Assembly: GCA_049976305.1 (NCBI GenBank) | Contig: JBMFIM010000015.1 | Span: 1-19,056, forward strand | Length of the DNA: 19,056 bases | Source of the DNA: Candidatus Micrarchaeia archaeon | Lineage (GTDB): Archaea > Micrarchaeota > Micrarchaeia > Micrarchaeales > CABMGC01 | Direction: 5' to 3' | In this document: positions 1-7,307 of the stretch, in pieces | Layout of the letters: the number at the start of each line of letters is the position of its first letter | How positions within the stretch are numbered: the stretch's first letter is position 1 | Notes under the pieces: generated by a model | The model's database searches: none | The model's input: only the letters and a program-made list of their open reading frames with translations | Told to the model about the DNA's origin: nothing | Translations under genes and position numbers: made by a program

Positions 1-88
1 TGCTAAAGGAAACTGGTCCTGCGATAACCGCGCCCATCAACAAGGCGCCAGCCAATACCGCAATCCTCTTTACTCTGCGTGTATTCAT
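1..88 (-). CDS. N-terminal fragment of a secreted protein, probably the S-layer protein (runs off the left edge)
   Basis: Not in the ORF track. The reverse strand from ATG at 88 reads MNTRRVKRIAVLAGALLMGAVIAGPVSFS with no stop. It has a basic n-region plus hydrophobic h-region and resembles the 'K(R/K)IAA...GA.(L/M)...AGP(V/I)(S/T)F' start I recall for archaeal S-layer proteins. AGGTAG (SD-like) lies just upstream and TTTTTAAA at 129-122. Confidence 0.65.
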   Translation of the reverse strand, partial: MNTRRVKRIAVLAGALLMGAVIAGPVSFS

Positions 89-121
89 CTAACTACCTGT
101 TCCTAACTAACGAATGCTAAG

Positions 122-129
122 TTTAAAAA
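122..129 (-). promoter_or_regulatory. TATA box of the putative S-layer gene
   Basis: TTTTTAAA on the minus strand, 33 nt before the ATG at 88, leaving room for a short leader containing the SD-like AGGTAG. Confidence 0.55.
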
Positions 130-205
130 TCTATGCCCGCTTGCTTGCTAATATGCATATATTCATCGTCAAATGTGCAAATTTAATTTGACACTTGTGA
201 AAGCT

Positions 206-217
206 TATGCTTAAATA
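206..217 (+). promoter_or_regulatory. TATA promoter element for amrS
   Basis: TATGCTTAAATA; TTAAATA ends 21 nt before the GTG at 239, consistent with a leaderless transcript. Confidence 0.6.
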
Positions 218-238
218 ATTGCTAAGCGCCATATTATT

Positions 239-1291
239 GTGCAAAAAGAGGCTCGCCTATACAGGCAATTGCAAAATGGCAAGGTTGAATGCTTAGCCTG
301 CGCAAGATATTGCAAAATACCAGAGGGCTCAAGGGGCTTCTGCTATGTGCGCGCAAACAGGCATGGAAAGCTTTACCTTGACAACTATGGATTGGTAGCA
401 GCTATTCAGCTAGACCCGATAGAGAAAAAGCCCTTTTTCCACTTCATGCCTGGCAGCTATGTGCTCGGGGTAGGCACATCCTCTTGCAACTTCGGCTGCA
501 TGTTCTGCCAAAACCACAACATATCAAAAGATAAGGAAATAAAGGGCTATGAGCTGCCTCCTGAGGAGCTTGTAGGCATGGCCATAGAGCAAGGGGCCCA
601 AGGCCTTGCGTTTACCTACAACGAGCCTGCTATTTTCATAGAATATGCGCTTGATGCAGCGAAGCTGGCTCATAGGCAAGGCCTATTTAACGTGTTTGTG
701 ACAAATGGCTATTTGACAAAGGAAGCAATAGGGCAGATGAAAGGGCTTATCGATGCTGCTGTAGTAGACTTCAAAGGCAACGGCAGCGAGAAGTTTGCAA
801 ACAAATACATGGCAGTTCCGAGCGTAGAGCCCATAAGGCAGGCATTGGTGGAGATGAAACGCGCAGGCATTCATGTGGAGATAACAGACCTTGTCGTGCC
901 GCAAGTTGGGGACTCTCTAGAGGACTGCGACATGCTTACAAAATGGATAATGAATAATCTTGGCAAAGATACTCCTCTACAGTTCATAACCTTCTTCCCT
1001 GATTACAAGATGCAGGACCTTCCGCCAACGCCTTATTCCACACTGCTCAAGCATTGGCAGATTGCGAAGAAAAATGGCTTGAACTATGCCTACATAGGCA
1101 ACGCCCCAGGCAATCCTTACGAGAGCACCTACTGCCCAAGATGCGGGGCCAAGGTAATAGAGAGGATGGGCTTTGAAATAACAGCATGGAATTTAGATGA
1201 GCACAACAGGTGCAAATTCTGCGGGGAAGAAATAAAAATAATTGGCAAGCGCGCAGAGCTGGGCGCTAGAGACATCAAGGTCTTTTACTAA
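239..1291 (+). CDS. amrS: AmmeMemoRadiSam system radical SAM enzyme (PFL-activating-enzyme-like)
   Basis: N-terminal CLACARYC...GFC.VR.N, DPIEKKPFFHF.PG signature, radical SAM motif CNFGCMFCQN, FTYNEP, and C-terminal YAYIGN..G....TYCPRCG...CKFCG. GTG start. Confidence 0.9.
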   Translation: MQKEARLYRQLQNGKVECLACARYCKIPEGSRGFCYVRANRHGKLYLDNYGLVAAIQLDPIEKKPFFHFMPGSYVLGVGTSSCNFGCMFCQNHNISKDKEIKGYELPPEELVGMAIEQGAQGLAFTYNEPAIFIEYALDAAKLAHRQGLFNVFVTNGYLTKEAIGQMKGLIDAAVVDFKGNGSEKFANKYMAVPSVEPIRQALVEMKRAGIHVEITDLVVPQVGDSLEDCDMLTKWIMNNLGKDTPLQFITFFPDYKMQDLPPTPYSTLLKHWQIAKKNGLNYAYIGNAPGNPYESTYCPRCGAKVIERMGFEITAWNLDEHNRCKFCGEEIKIIGKRAELGARDIKVFY

Positions 1292-2876
1292 TCCTTTTCC
1301 TTCTTTGTTTTCTTTTCAGAATAAAAGAGGCGGCAATTAGCAGCAACCCGAGCAGAGCAAAGGCTGAAAAAACAGCTAAGCCTTCGCCGGTATGTGAAGA
1401 AGAGCTAGGATAAGGCTGGGCATATGCAGTTGTAGAAGTTGGCGCGATAGAAGTGCTGATGCTTGAAATTGAACCGGTGGCTGAGGCGTTGGAGTTCGCT
1501 GGGGCTTTTTCTATTTTTAGGCTGCCTGTAGCGTTGAGGAGGTTTGAAAAGCCTTCGAAGGAGACGTTTCTCATTATTATTGCCGAGTTGTTTGCGACAA
1601 CAGCCACGCTGCTGCTATTTGTGGCTATGAAGGTGGTGTTGAGAATTCTGACCTGAGAGTTTGTTGCAGCTATCCCGTTTCCATAAAGCCTGCAGTTCTC
1701 TATGGTGACGTTATTGGCATTTTCCACCACAAAGTCCACCTTTGTTTCGTTGGCGTAGCCTCCTTTGCAATTGATTGTAACATTGCTTTCCACTATGGTG
1801 GCGCCAATGTTGCAAGGCTTGTCCGTCCTCCAAAAAACGTGAAAGGCAGTAAGGGAGTTGTATACAAACGGATAATAGCCTGAAAGGTGTATAGTCTGAA
1901 CATCAGAGCAGTATGCCAAGCCCACAGAGTAGAAAGGAGACGTTGTGTTTTCGTGGTCGTAAGGGGTGAAGAACATGCCCAAGAAGGCATACGTGCCTGG
2001 CTTTTGGATCCCGGCATAGTATGACACTGTGCCGTTGGTGATGTTGTGGTAGGTTGCCACTATCGTTCCATTCGGGAAGCTCTGCGGCGAATTCCTCATT
2101 TCAAAAATATTTGAAGATTTGTTGAAAATGCTTACACTAAAATTCCAGTATACGGGCTTGCCTGCCGGAAAGATTTCATCGAAATAAATGCTTGAAGGCG
2201 CCATGTATGGCGGCTTATACACCACATTTGAGCTTGCATTGAATGTTGTCTCTGAAATTTCATCATAGCCAGAATAGGGAGTGTAGTAGAAATATGGATT
2301 GAAGTTTACGACCTTGCCTTTGTATATTAGCTCGCTTTCTATGGGAAACACAGTTGAGCCGTTTGAGCTTGCATTTGTTTGCAGCCCCCAGCTTGGCAGG
2401 GTTATGTTGTATTGCTTAGCAACGGCATAGACTTCAGACATAGGCACATACATTGCTATAAGGTATGGAGCCACATCGACAAGCCTTTTTGGAAGTATCT
2501 CTATAAACCTCGCTACTGAATAGCCTCCTGTCTGGTTTAGGACAAGCAAATGGAAGAAGTGGCCTATGCCTATGCTCGATGAATTGTCAGCAAAAGCAAG
2601 AGAATAATTACCAGTAACATTGAGCAGGTTGTTCTCGGCATTGTGCATGCTTAGCACATTGCCAAATACCGTGCAGTTTTGCAAAGTGTTGTTGAATGTG
2701 TCATTTCCAAATACCACATCATTGATTATAGACCCTTGCCTGCACACTACTTTGCAATTGTAGGTATTGGTGGAAAAGGCTAAGGAGTAGTTGCCACTTC
2801 CGAGAAAAACAGTTTGGTTGCTGTTCAAAGCTGAAAGAGTTTGAATCGTTGCAAGCAGAAATAAGGGAAGAAGCAT
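1275..2876 (-). CDS. Secreted, C-terminally membrane-anchored surface glycoprotein with beta-helix-like (NosD/pectin-lyase-like) segments
   Basis: Hydrophobic signal peptide, about 28 N-X-S/T sequons (hand count), 'SNVTINCKG...NNVTIENC' beta-helix-like motif, Ser/Thr-rich linker, TM helix and basic tail KRKQRRKR. Confidence 0.75.
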   Translation of the reverse strand: MLLPLFLLATIQTLSALNSNQTVFLGSGNYSLAFSTNTYNCKVVCRQGSIINDVVFGNDTFNNTLQNCTVFGNVLSMHNAENNLLNVTGNYSLAFADNSSSIGIGHFFHLLVLNQTGGYSVARFIEILPKRLVDVAPYLIAMYVPMSEVYAVAKQYNITLPSWGLQTNASSNGSTVFPIESELIYKGKVVNFNPYFYYTPYSGYDEISETTFNASSNVVYKPPYMAPSSIYFDEIFPAGKPVYWNFSVSIFNKSSNIFEMRNSPQSFPNGTIVATYHNITNGTVSYYAGIQKPGTYAFLGMFFTPYDHENTTSPFYSVGLAYCSDVQTIHLSGYYPFVYNSLTAFHVFWRTDKPCNIGATIVESNVTINCKGGYANETKVDFVVENANNVTIENCRLYGNGIAATNSQVRILNTTFIATNSSSVAVVANNSAIIMRNVSFEGFSNLLNATGSLKIEKAPANSNASATGSISSISTSIAPTSTTAYAQPYPSSSSHTGEGLAVFSAFALLGLLLIAASFILKRKQRRKRISKRP

Positions 2877-2917
2877 CTGATCAAGGATTTATTCAAGGAA
2901 AAATAATTTAATATTTT

Positions 2918-3976
2918 TCATAAAAGCTGGCCTATGTTGCTAACAAGCGCCTGGTAAGCATCGCATGAGGTCCACGCATTTGGCTCCTCGCCTTTCTTTA
3001 CCTTTTCCCTTATCTGCTTGGCCTTCTCAGAGCCCAATATGCCCTCTAGCGAATAGCCTGATTCCCTTATGTTGCCGAGTTTCTCATTCCACATTATCGA
3101 TGGGTACACATCGCCAAAGCTGTCAAGAAATAGGGAGAGCTCAAGGTTTCTTGTAGGCATGGGCCTTCTGCCTGTGTTGAGGAACAAAACAAGCTTCTTG
3201 AGGAAAGCCTGCTCTACAATTTGTGCGGCATCAAGGGTGGGCTTTCGCAAGGAAAGTAAATACTCTATTTCTGAGCTTGCTGCATGTGCATCTACAGCAA
3301 AGTTTGAACCTGAGTTAGCATAGTAGAAATCAGACACCTGTGCAACGTTGACGTGGAATCTGTTGGCATCAACCCATGGAAGAATCGATTTAACCTCTTG
3401 CATAGTCTTGGCGAGCTGGCCTGCATTGTAAACGCTCATGGTGTAGCCGAAGAAGAAGGAAAAGCCCTTGTACTTTGACTCTAGCTCATGCAGCGAAGAA
3501 GCCATTGCCATTACTTTGTCAAAGTTTCCTGGCACGCCCCTTATCTTGTCATGCAGCTCTCTATAGCCGTCTAGACTCAACGTTATTACAAACCTCGGTA
3601 TGCCAAGCTTTGCTATGCCCTCTATCCTATTCAGCAGCACATCGTGGTTTAGCAAAGAATTGGTAGGCATTGTGAGCACATAGAGGCTTTTCATGCTCTC
3701 TGCAAAGGCCTTTGCTATTTCCACAATATCATTTCTGAGAAACGGCTCGCCGCCTGTGAGCTCGACCCATTTGAAATAGTTGTTTTTCTCAGCAAAAGCC
3801 CTTATCTCCTCTATGCTCAGTTCATTTTTAGGCTTCATCTGCCAAATGTTGCAGGTTAAGCACCTTGAATTGCACCAGTAGGTGACTGCAAAATTGAGCT
3901 TGAACGGCCTTTGCAAGGTTGTAAGGTTGCTTTTCAGCGCTGTAAGGCCAAGGCCTACGAACCTGCTAAATGACAT
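2918..3976 (-). CDS. Radical SAM enzyme with a degenerate SPASM/twitch-like C-terminal domain
   Basis: CNSRCLTC motif, LTGGEPFLR, SLDG....HDKIRG..G.F; C-terminal D.FGDVYPS...LGNIRE. Start placed at ATG 3976 (MSFSR) from TATA spacing; the ORF track uses 3985. Confidence 0.85.
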   Translation of the reverse strand: MSFSRFVGLGLTALKSNLTTLQRPFKLNFAVTYWCNSRCLTCNIWQMKPKNELSIEEIRAFAEKNNYFKWVELTGGEPFLRNDIVEIAKAFAESMKSLYVLTMPTNSLLNHDVLLNRIEGIAKLGIPRFVITLSLDGYRELHDKIRGVPGNFDKVMAMASSLHELESKYKGFSFFFGYTMSVYNAGQLAKTMQEVKSILPWVDANRFHVNVAQVSDFYYANSGSNFAVDAHAASSEIEYLLSLRKPTLDAAQIVEQAFLKKLVLFLNTGRRPMPTRNLELSLFLDSFGDVYPSIMWNEKLGNIRESGYSLEGILGSEKAKQIREKVKKGEEPNAWTSCDAYQALVSNIGQLL

Positions 3977-3998
3977 AATATGCATATGTGTTTGCTGG

Positions 3999-4006
3999 TT
4001 AAAAAA
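3999..4006 (-). promoter_or_regulatory. TATA box for the radical SAM gene
   Basis: AAAG-TTTTTTAA on the minus strand, 22 nt before ATG 3976. Confidence 0.5.
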
Positions 4007-4030
4007 CTTTGCCGTCAGGCGCCAAGCTAC

Positions 4031-5626
4031 CTATGCCTTTTCCTTTTCTAGCTGGGCAAAGTGCCTCCTTATCATTGCGCCGTATGCAGGCCTTGTGACA
4101 AGAGCGCCGAATAAAACGCCAAGCATCGTCGACTCTGCAAAGCCCACTATCTGGACGAGCGAGGTAGAAAAGAAAAGGGGCAGCATGGCTATGATAAGCA
4201 AAGCGGCATCGGCCCAGATGATGTAGAATGCATGGCTAAGCCTTACTTTGTCTGTATAGTCCCCGTGCTTTCCTATAAACTCGTCTGTTATTATGATTTG
4301 GGCATCTACGCCGGTTCCTATCACAGCGATCATGCCTGCTACTGCTGCAAGGTCTATTGTGCCTATTAGCCCTATTATTGACACAATTATGAAAAGCTCG
4401 GCCAATGTTGTGAAAATTATGGGCAAAACCAGAAAGCCTCTTTTGTACCTTACTGAAATGGCTATAGAGACCGCAATGACTGCTATGAGCAATGCAACGC
4501 CGCTTATTATCTCAAAGTGCTTACCAAGAGTTGGAGGTATTGTCGTTGGTGTGCCGGCTACGACAGGCACAGGCAAAGCGCCGCCTTTGAGTATGCTTGT
4601 TATTAGCTGCGTCTGATTCTCGGCATACGCCATCTTTGCAGGCAGGCTCAACCCTTGGGGCGCCATGCCACTTATTTCATAGCTCTGCCCAATTGTGCCG
4701 TTTGTAACGCTAGGGCTTAAAATGGGTGCTGAGAGAAGGCCGATAGCGGGCCATGATTCGATTATAGTGGAGATGGAAGTAGGGGTGGAGACTGTTGTAA
4801 ACACAGGGGTAATGTTCTGCGGTGTTACAAGCCTTATTGTGTAGTTGAGAGAAGAGGCATAGCTGAGCAGGCTCTTTGGAGCGTTGTTTGCAATAATGAG
4901 AAGGGAATACTTGCTCCTGCTTGCATTCAGAAAAGAGAGCGTTTGGTTAAGCGTTGAAGGGCTGTAAAACTTGACAGGTATTGTGCTGTTGCCTAGCTGC
5001 GTAACGGCATAGATATCATTCATCAACTCAGTAGCGTTGATGCCATGCTGCTGAGCGTATGCAAACAGCGAGCTGTTCAGCAAAAGCACTGCATCGGCGG
5101 GCCTGTCAAGGAACATATAAAGGGGCTTGTTAGCCTGGCCAAAAACAACCTTGGCAAACTTCTCAGCTGCTTGCTGCGTTATGAAGAATGAAACCTGCCA
5201 GGTAACATTGCCATTAGAAACCTGTGGCTGCATGGCGCCTATGCTGGCAGGCACTATGCCGCTGCCGTTCAATGCCTCTCTGCCGTTCACAACTCCTTGG
5301 AAAACGCCCTGGCTTTCTATCAGCGAAAGTATGGTGTCTATCTCGCTTTTTGAAACAGAAGGAATTATGACATATACTTCCTGGTTTCCTATGCCCTCTA
5401 CAGTCACCTGCTTCAAACCAAACGTTGAAAGCCTCTGCTGCAGCGTGCTTATCAAAGTGCTCATAGTGTCGGGATTGACGGCATGGGCGAGCTGAATAGG
5501 TATTTGGGTTCCGCCGATAAACTCAACGCCAAGGTGCGGCGCTTTGTAAGCTACATCGAGCACTGCAAGCAGGACTATCAATGAAATAAGCAGGTCTATG
5601 TGGAAATCTGCAAAGTAATTCTTCAT
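4031..5626 (-). CDS. secD: Protein translocase subunit SecD (archaeal type)
   Basis: N-terminal TM then LGVEFIGGT, LQQRLSTFGL, large extracytoplasmic domain, LKGGALP...IPPTLG, C-terminal TM bundle with DLAAVAGMIAVIGTGVDAQIIITDE and GFA...G...G.LVTRPAY. ATGA overlap with secF. Confidence 0.93.
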   Translation of the reverse strand: MKNYFADFHIDLLISLIVLLAVLDVAYKAPHLGVEFIGGTQIPIQLAHAVNPDTMSTLISTLQQRLSTFGLKQVTVEGIGNQEVYVIIPSVSKSEIDTILSLIESQGVFQGVVNGREALNGSGIVPASIGAMQPQVSNGNVTWQVSFFITQQAAEKFAKVVFGQANKPLYMFLDRPADAVLLLNSSLFAYAQQHGINATELMNDIYAVTQLGNSTIPVKFYSPSTLNQTLSFLNASRSKYSLLIIANNAPKSLLSYASSLNYTIRLVTPQNITPVFTTVSTPTSISTIIESWPAIGLLSAPILSPSVTNGTIGQSYEISGMAPQGLSLPAKMAYAENQTQLITSILKGGALPVPVVAGTPTTIPPTLGKHFEIISGVALLIAVIAVSIAISVRYKRGFLVLPIIFTTLAELFIIVSIIGLIGTIDLAAVAGMIAVIGTGVDAQIIITDEFIGKHGDYTDKVRLSHAFYIIWADAALLIIAMLPLFFSTSLVQIVGFAESTMLGVLFGALVTRPAYGAMIRRHFAQLEKEKA

Positions 5627-6765
5627 AGCCTCTCCTTCCTTTTCTTATACATCAGCAGTATTGATGCATTGCCAAACCAAGTTGTAAATATGTCTCCAAT
5701 AAGCCCCATGAGCACGACGCTTGAAATTTCGTAGTAGGTCGGGACATATACTATTAAGGAAATTATGAAAAGAACAAGAAAAGAGAGTATGGCGCTGGAG
5801 GTCATTGTAAGCCCTGTCCTCATAGAGGCGTATGCCCTCTCCTCCGCAGAGCCCTCATTTCTTTTTAATATTCTTATTGCAGTAAGCAAGTCAGTGTCTA
5901 TAGCATAGCCTATGATCATAAGCAAGCCTGCTATGCTCGCAACGCCTAGAGGAATATGGAAAAGGCCCATTGCGCCGAGAGCTATTATCATGTCGTTTGC
6001 CGCTCCGAAGGTCACTGTAATTGAGGGCACAAAGGTTCTAAAAACAAAGAATACTGAGATAAACACAAGCACAAATGCCACAATTATGATATTCTCGAAC
6101 TGCCCAAGGAAGTACTTGCCCAAGGTTGGCGTTACCTCCTCAAAAGAATACGAGCTGTAAGGCACTATCTGCTGAAGCTCGCTGAGCAGCTTGTCCTCAT
6201 AGTCTTTGCTTGCAACTGCATAGGCCTGCTGCAAAGCCTGCTGAAGCTGCGGAATTGAGTAATTGCCTGGCTTAATCCCAAAAGGCGCCAATGCGGCAAA
6301 CACTGCAGAGGCATTTTCCTGCATTTGTCGCATAGCCTTGTTCATGCTTGCTGTTGCGTTGGCAAGCTCTGCTTGCAGCGTTGCGTTTCCTGGGCTGTTA
6401 TGCAAAGCTAGGCTAAGGCTTGTGTAGTTTAGCTGTGCTGTTGAGTAGTTGGCTTGTGCTGCATAGAAATTTGCAAGGTAGTTGTTAGCTTCTGCAAGGC
6501 TCTGGTTTATCGGCAGAGTGATCTGAAAACCTCCAGGGCTTCTCGAGACCTCAGCGCCTGAAATGTGCATAATGCTAGAGACCTTTGCAGCTAGCTCGCT
6601 GGCGGTTATGTTTGCGTTTGTTTCAAGAATTATGCTCACTCCCCCGCGCAGGGAGCTGTCAAGGGGAATTTGAAAAGAGAAGTAAATGCCTAAAAGCATG
6701 AGAACTATGGGTATTGCTATTAGCCACTTGAGGTTCTTGCGCGCATAAATGTTTGGCAAACGCAT
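5623..6765 (-). CDS. secF: Protein translocase subunit SecF (archaeal type)
   Basis: N-terminal TM, LRGG, VTPTLG, FRTFVPS, SIAGLLMIIGYAIDTDLL..R, AS(M)RTGLTMT, GL..DI..TW..NA. Its TGA stop overlaps the secD ATG. Confidence 0.92.
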   Translation of the reverse strand: MRLPNIYARKNLKWLIAIPIVLMLLGIYFSFQIPLDSSLRGGVSIILETNANITASELAAKVSSIMHISGAEVSRSPGGFQITLPINQSLAEANNYLANFYAAQANYSTAQLNYTSLSLALHNSPGNATLQAELANATASMNKAMRQMQENASAVFAALAPFGIKPGNYSIPQLQQALQQAYAVASKDYEDKLLSELQQIVPYSSYSFEEVTPTLGKYFLGQFENIIIVAFVLVFISVFFVFRTFVPSITVTFGAANDMIIALGAMGLFHIPLGVASIAGLLMIIGYAIDTDLLTAIRILKRNEGSAEERAYASMRTGLTMTSSAILSFLVLFIISLIVYVPTYYEISSVVLMGLIGDIFTTWFGNASILLMYKKRKERL

Positions 6766-6834
6766 AAAAACAGCTAAACAAAATTAGTAGAAAAGATATT
6801 TAAGAATTAAACAAAAGAAAGCAAAAGGCTTAGA

Positions 6835-7101
6835 TCAGGCGTGGACTCTCATTAGCTTGTGGTGCAAAGACTCTGCAGCACCGTAGATTATTATCATTAC
6901 TGACAAAAGTATCAGAGCAGTGCCAAAGAATAGAGTCCATGTTATTGGCAGATTTCGCTCACCGTAGTAGACGAGGAGCCCGCCTATTACTAGCAAGTAG
7001 ATTGCCCAGTATATGGATCTGAATGTTATCCAGCCTCCGTGCCTGGCCTTATATTCCAGGTACCTATCAAAGTCAGATTGTGCTCTTTCAGCTCTTGCCA
7101 T
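6835..7101 (-). CDS. Small hypothetical membrane protein (2 TM helices)
   Basis: 88-aa ORF filling the gap, two hydrophobic segments, SD-like GGTG upstream, TTTTTAAA 30 nt upstream, T-rich tract after the stop. Confidence 0.75.
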   Translation of the reverse strand: MARAERAQSDFDRYLEYKARHGGWITFRSIYWAIYLLVIGGLLVYYGERNLPITWTLFFGTALILLSVMIIIYGAAESLHHKLMRVHA

Positions 7102-7131
7102 CTCAACACCAATATAATTGAAATGGAAATG

Positions 7132-7150
7132 TTTAAAAAGATATCAAAAA
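7132..7150 (-). terminator. Oligo-T tracts downstream of the tRNA; the second doubles as TATA box of the 88-aa gene
   Basis: Minus strand reads TTTTTGATATCTTTTTAAA, starting about 10 nt after the tRNA 3' end. Archaeal intrinsic terminators are oligo-T tracts. Confidence 0.4.
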
Positions 7151-7160
7151 TCCAAGGGGC

Positions 7161-7246
7161 TGCGGGGGGTGAGATTTGAACTCACGCACCCACAAAGGGA
7201 ACAGGTTCTGAGCCTGCCGCATTTGACCAAGCTCTGCCACCCCCGC
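7161..7246 (-). tRNA. tRNA-Leu(CAG), intronless, CCA not encoded
   Basis: Folds by hand: acceptor stem GCGGGGG/CCCCCGC plus discriminator A, D arm GCA-GAGCTTGGTCAAA-TGC, anticodon arm GCAGG-CTCAGAA-CCTGT (anticodon CAG at 7210-7208), long variable arm CCC-TTTGT-GGG, T arm GTGAG-TTCAAAT-CTCAC. Confidence 0.97.
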
Positions 7247-7307
7247 AAATAGGCATAGCTGCTTGCAGATTATATAGTATTTATTTTTATAAATGGTATT
7301 TAAGCAT

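Noticed and set aside
3882..6160. Several plus-strand ORFs (82-122 aa) opposite secD/secF
   Set aside because: They are antisense mirror frames of conserved membrane-protein genes, with no promoter or family signal.
7161..7200. tRNA 3' end as an integration site (att)
   Set aside because: I found no duplicate of the tRNA 3' end and no integrase in the window, and the flanking genes are housekeeping-like.
7161..7246. tRNA intron or split tRNA
   Set aside because: The cloverleaf is complete and contiguous; the extra length is the normal Leu variable arm.
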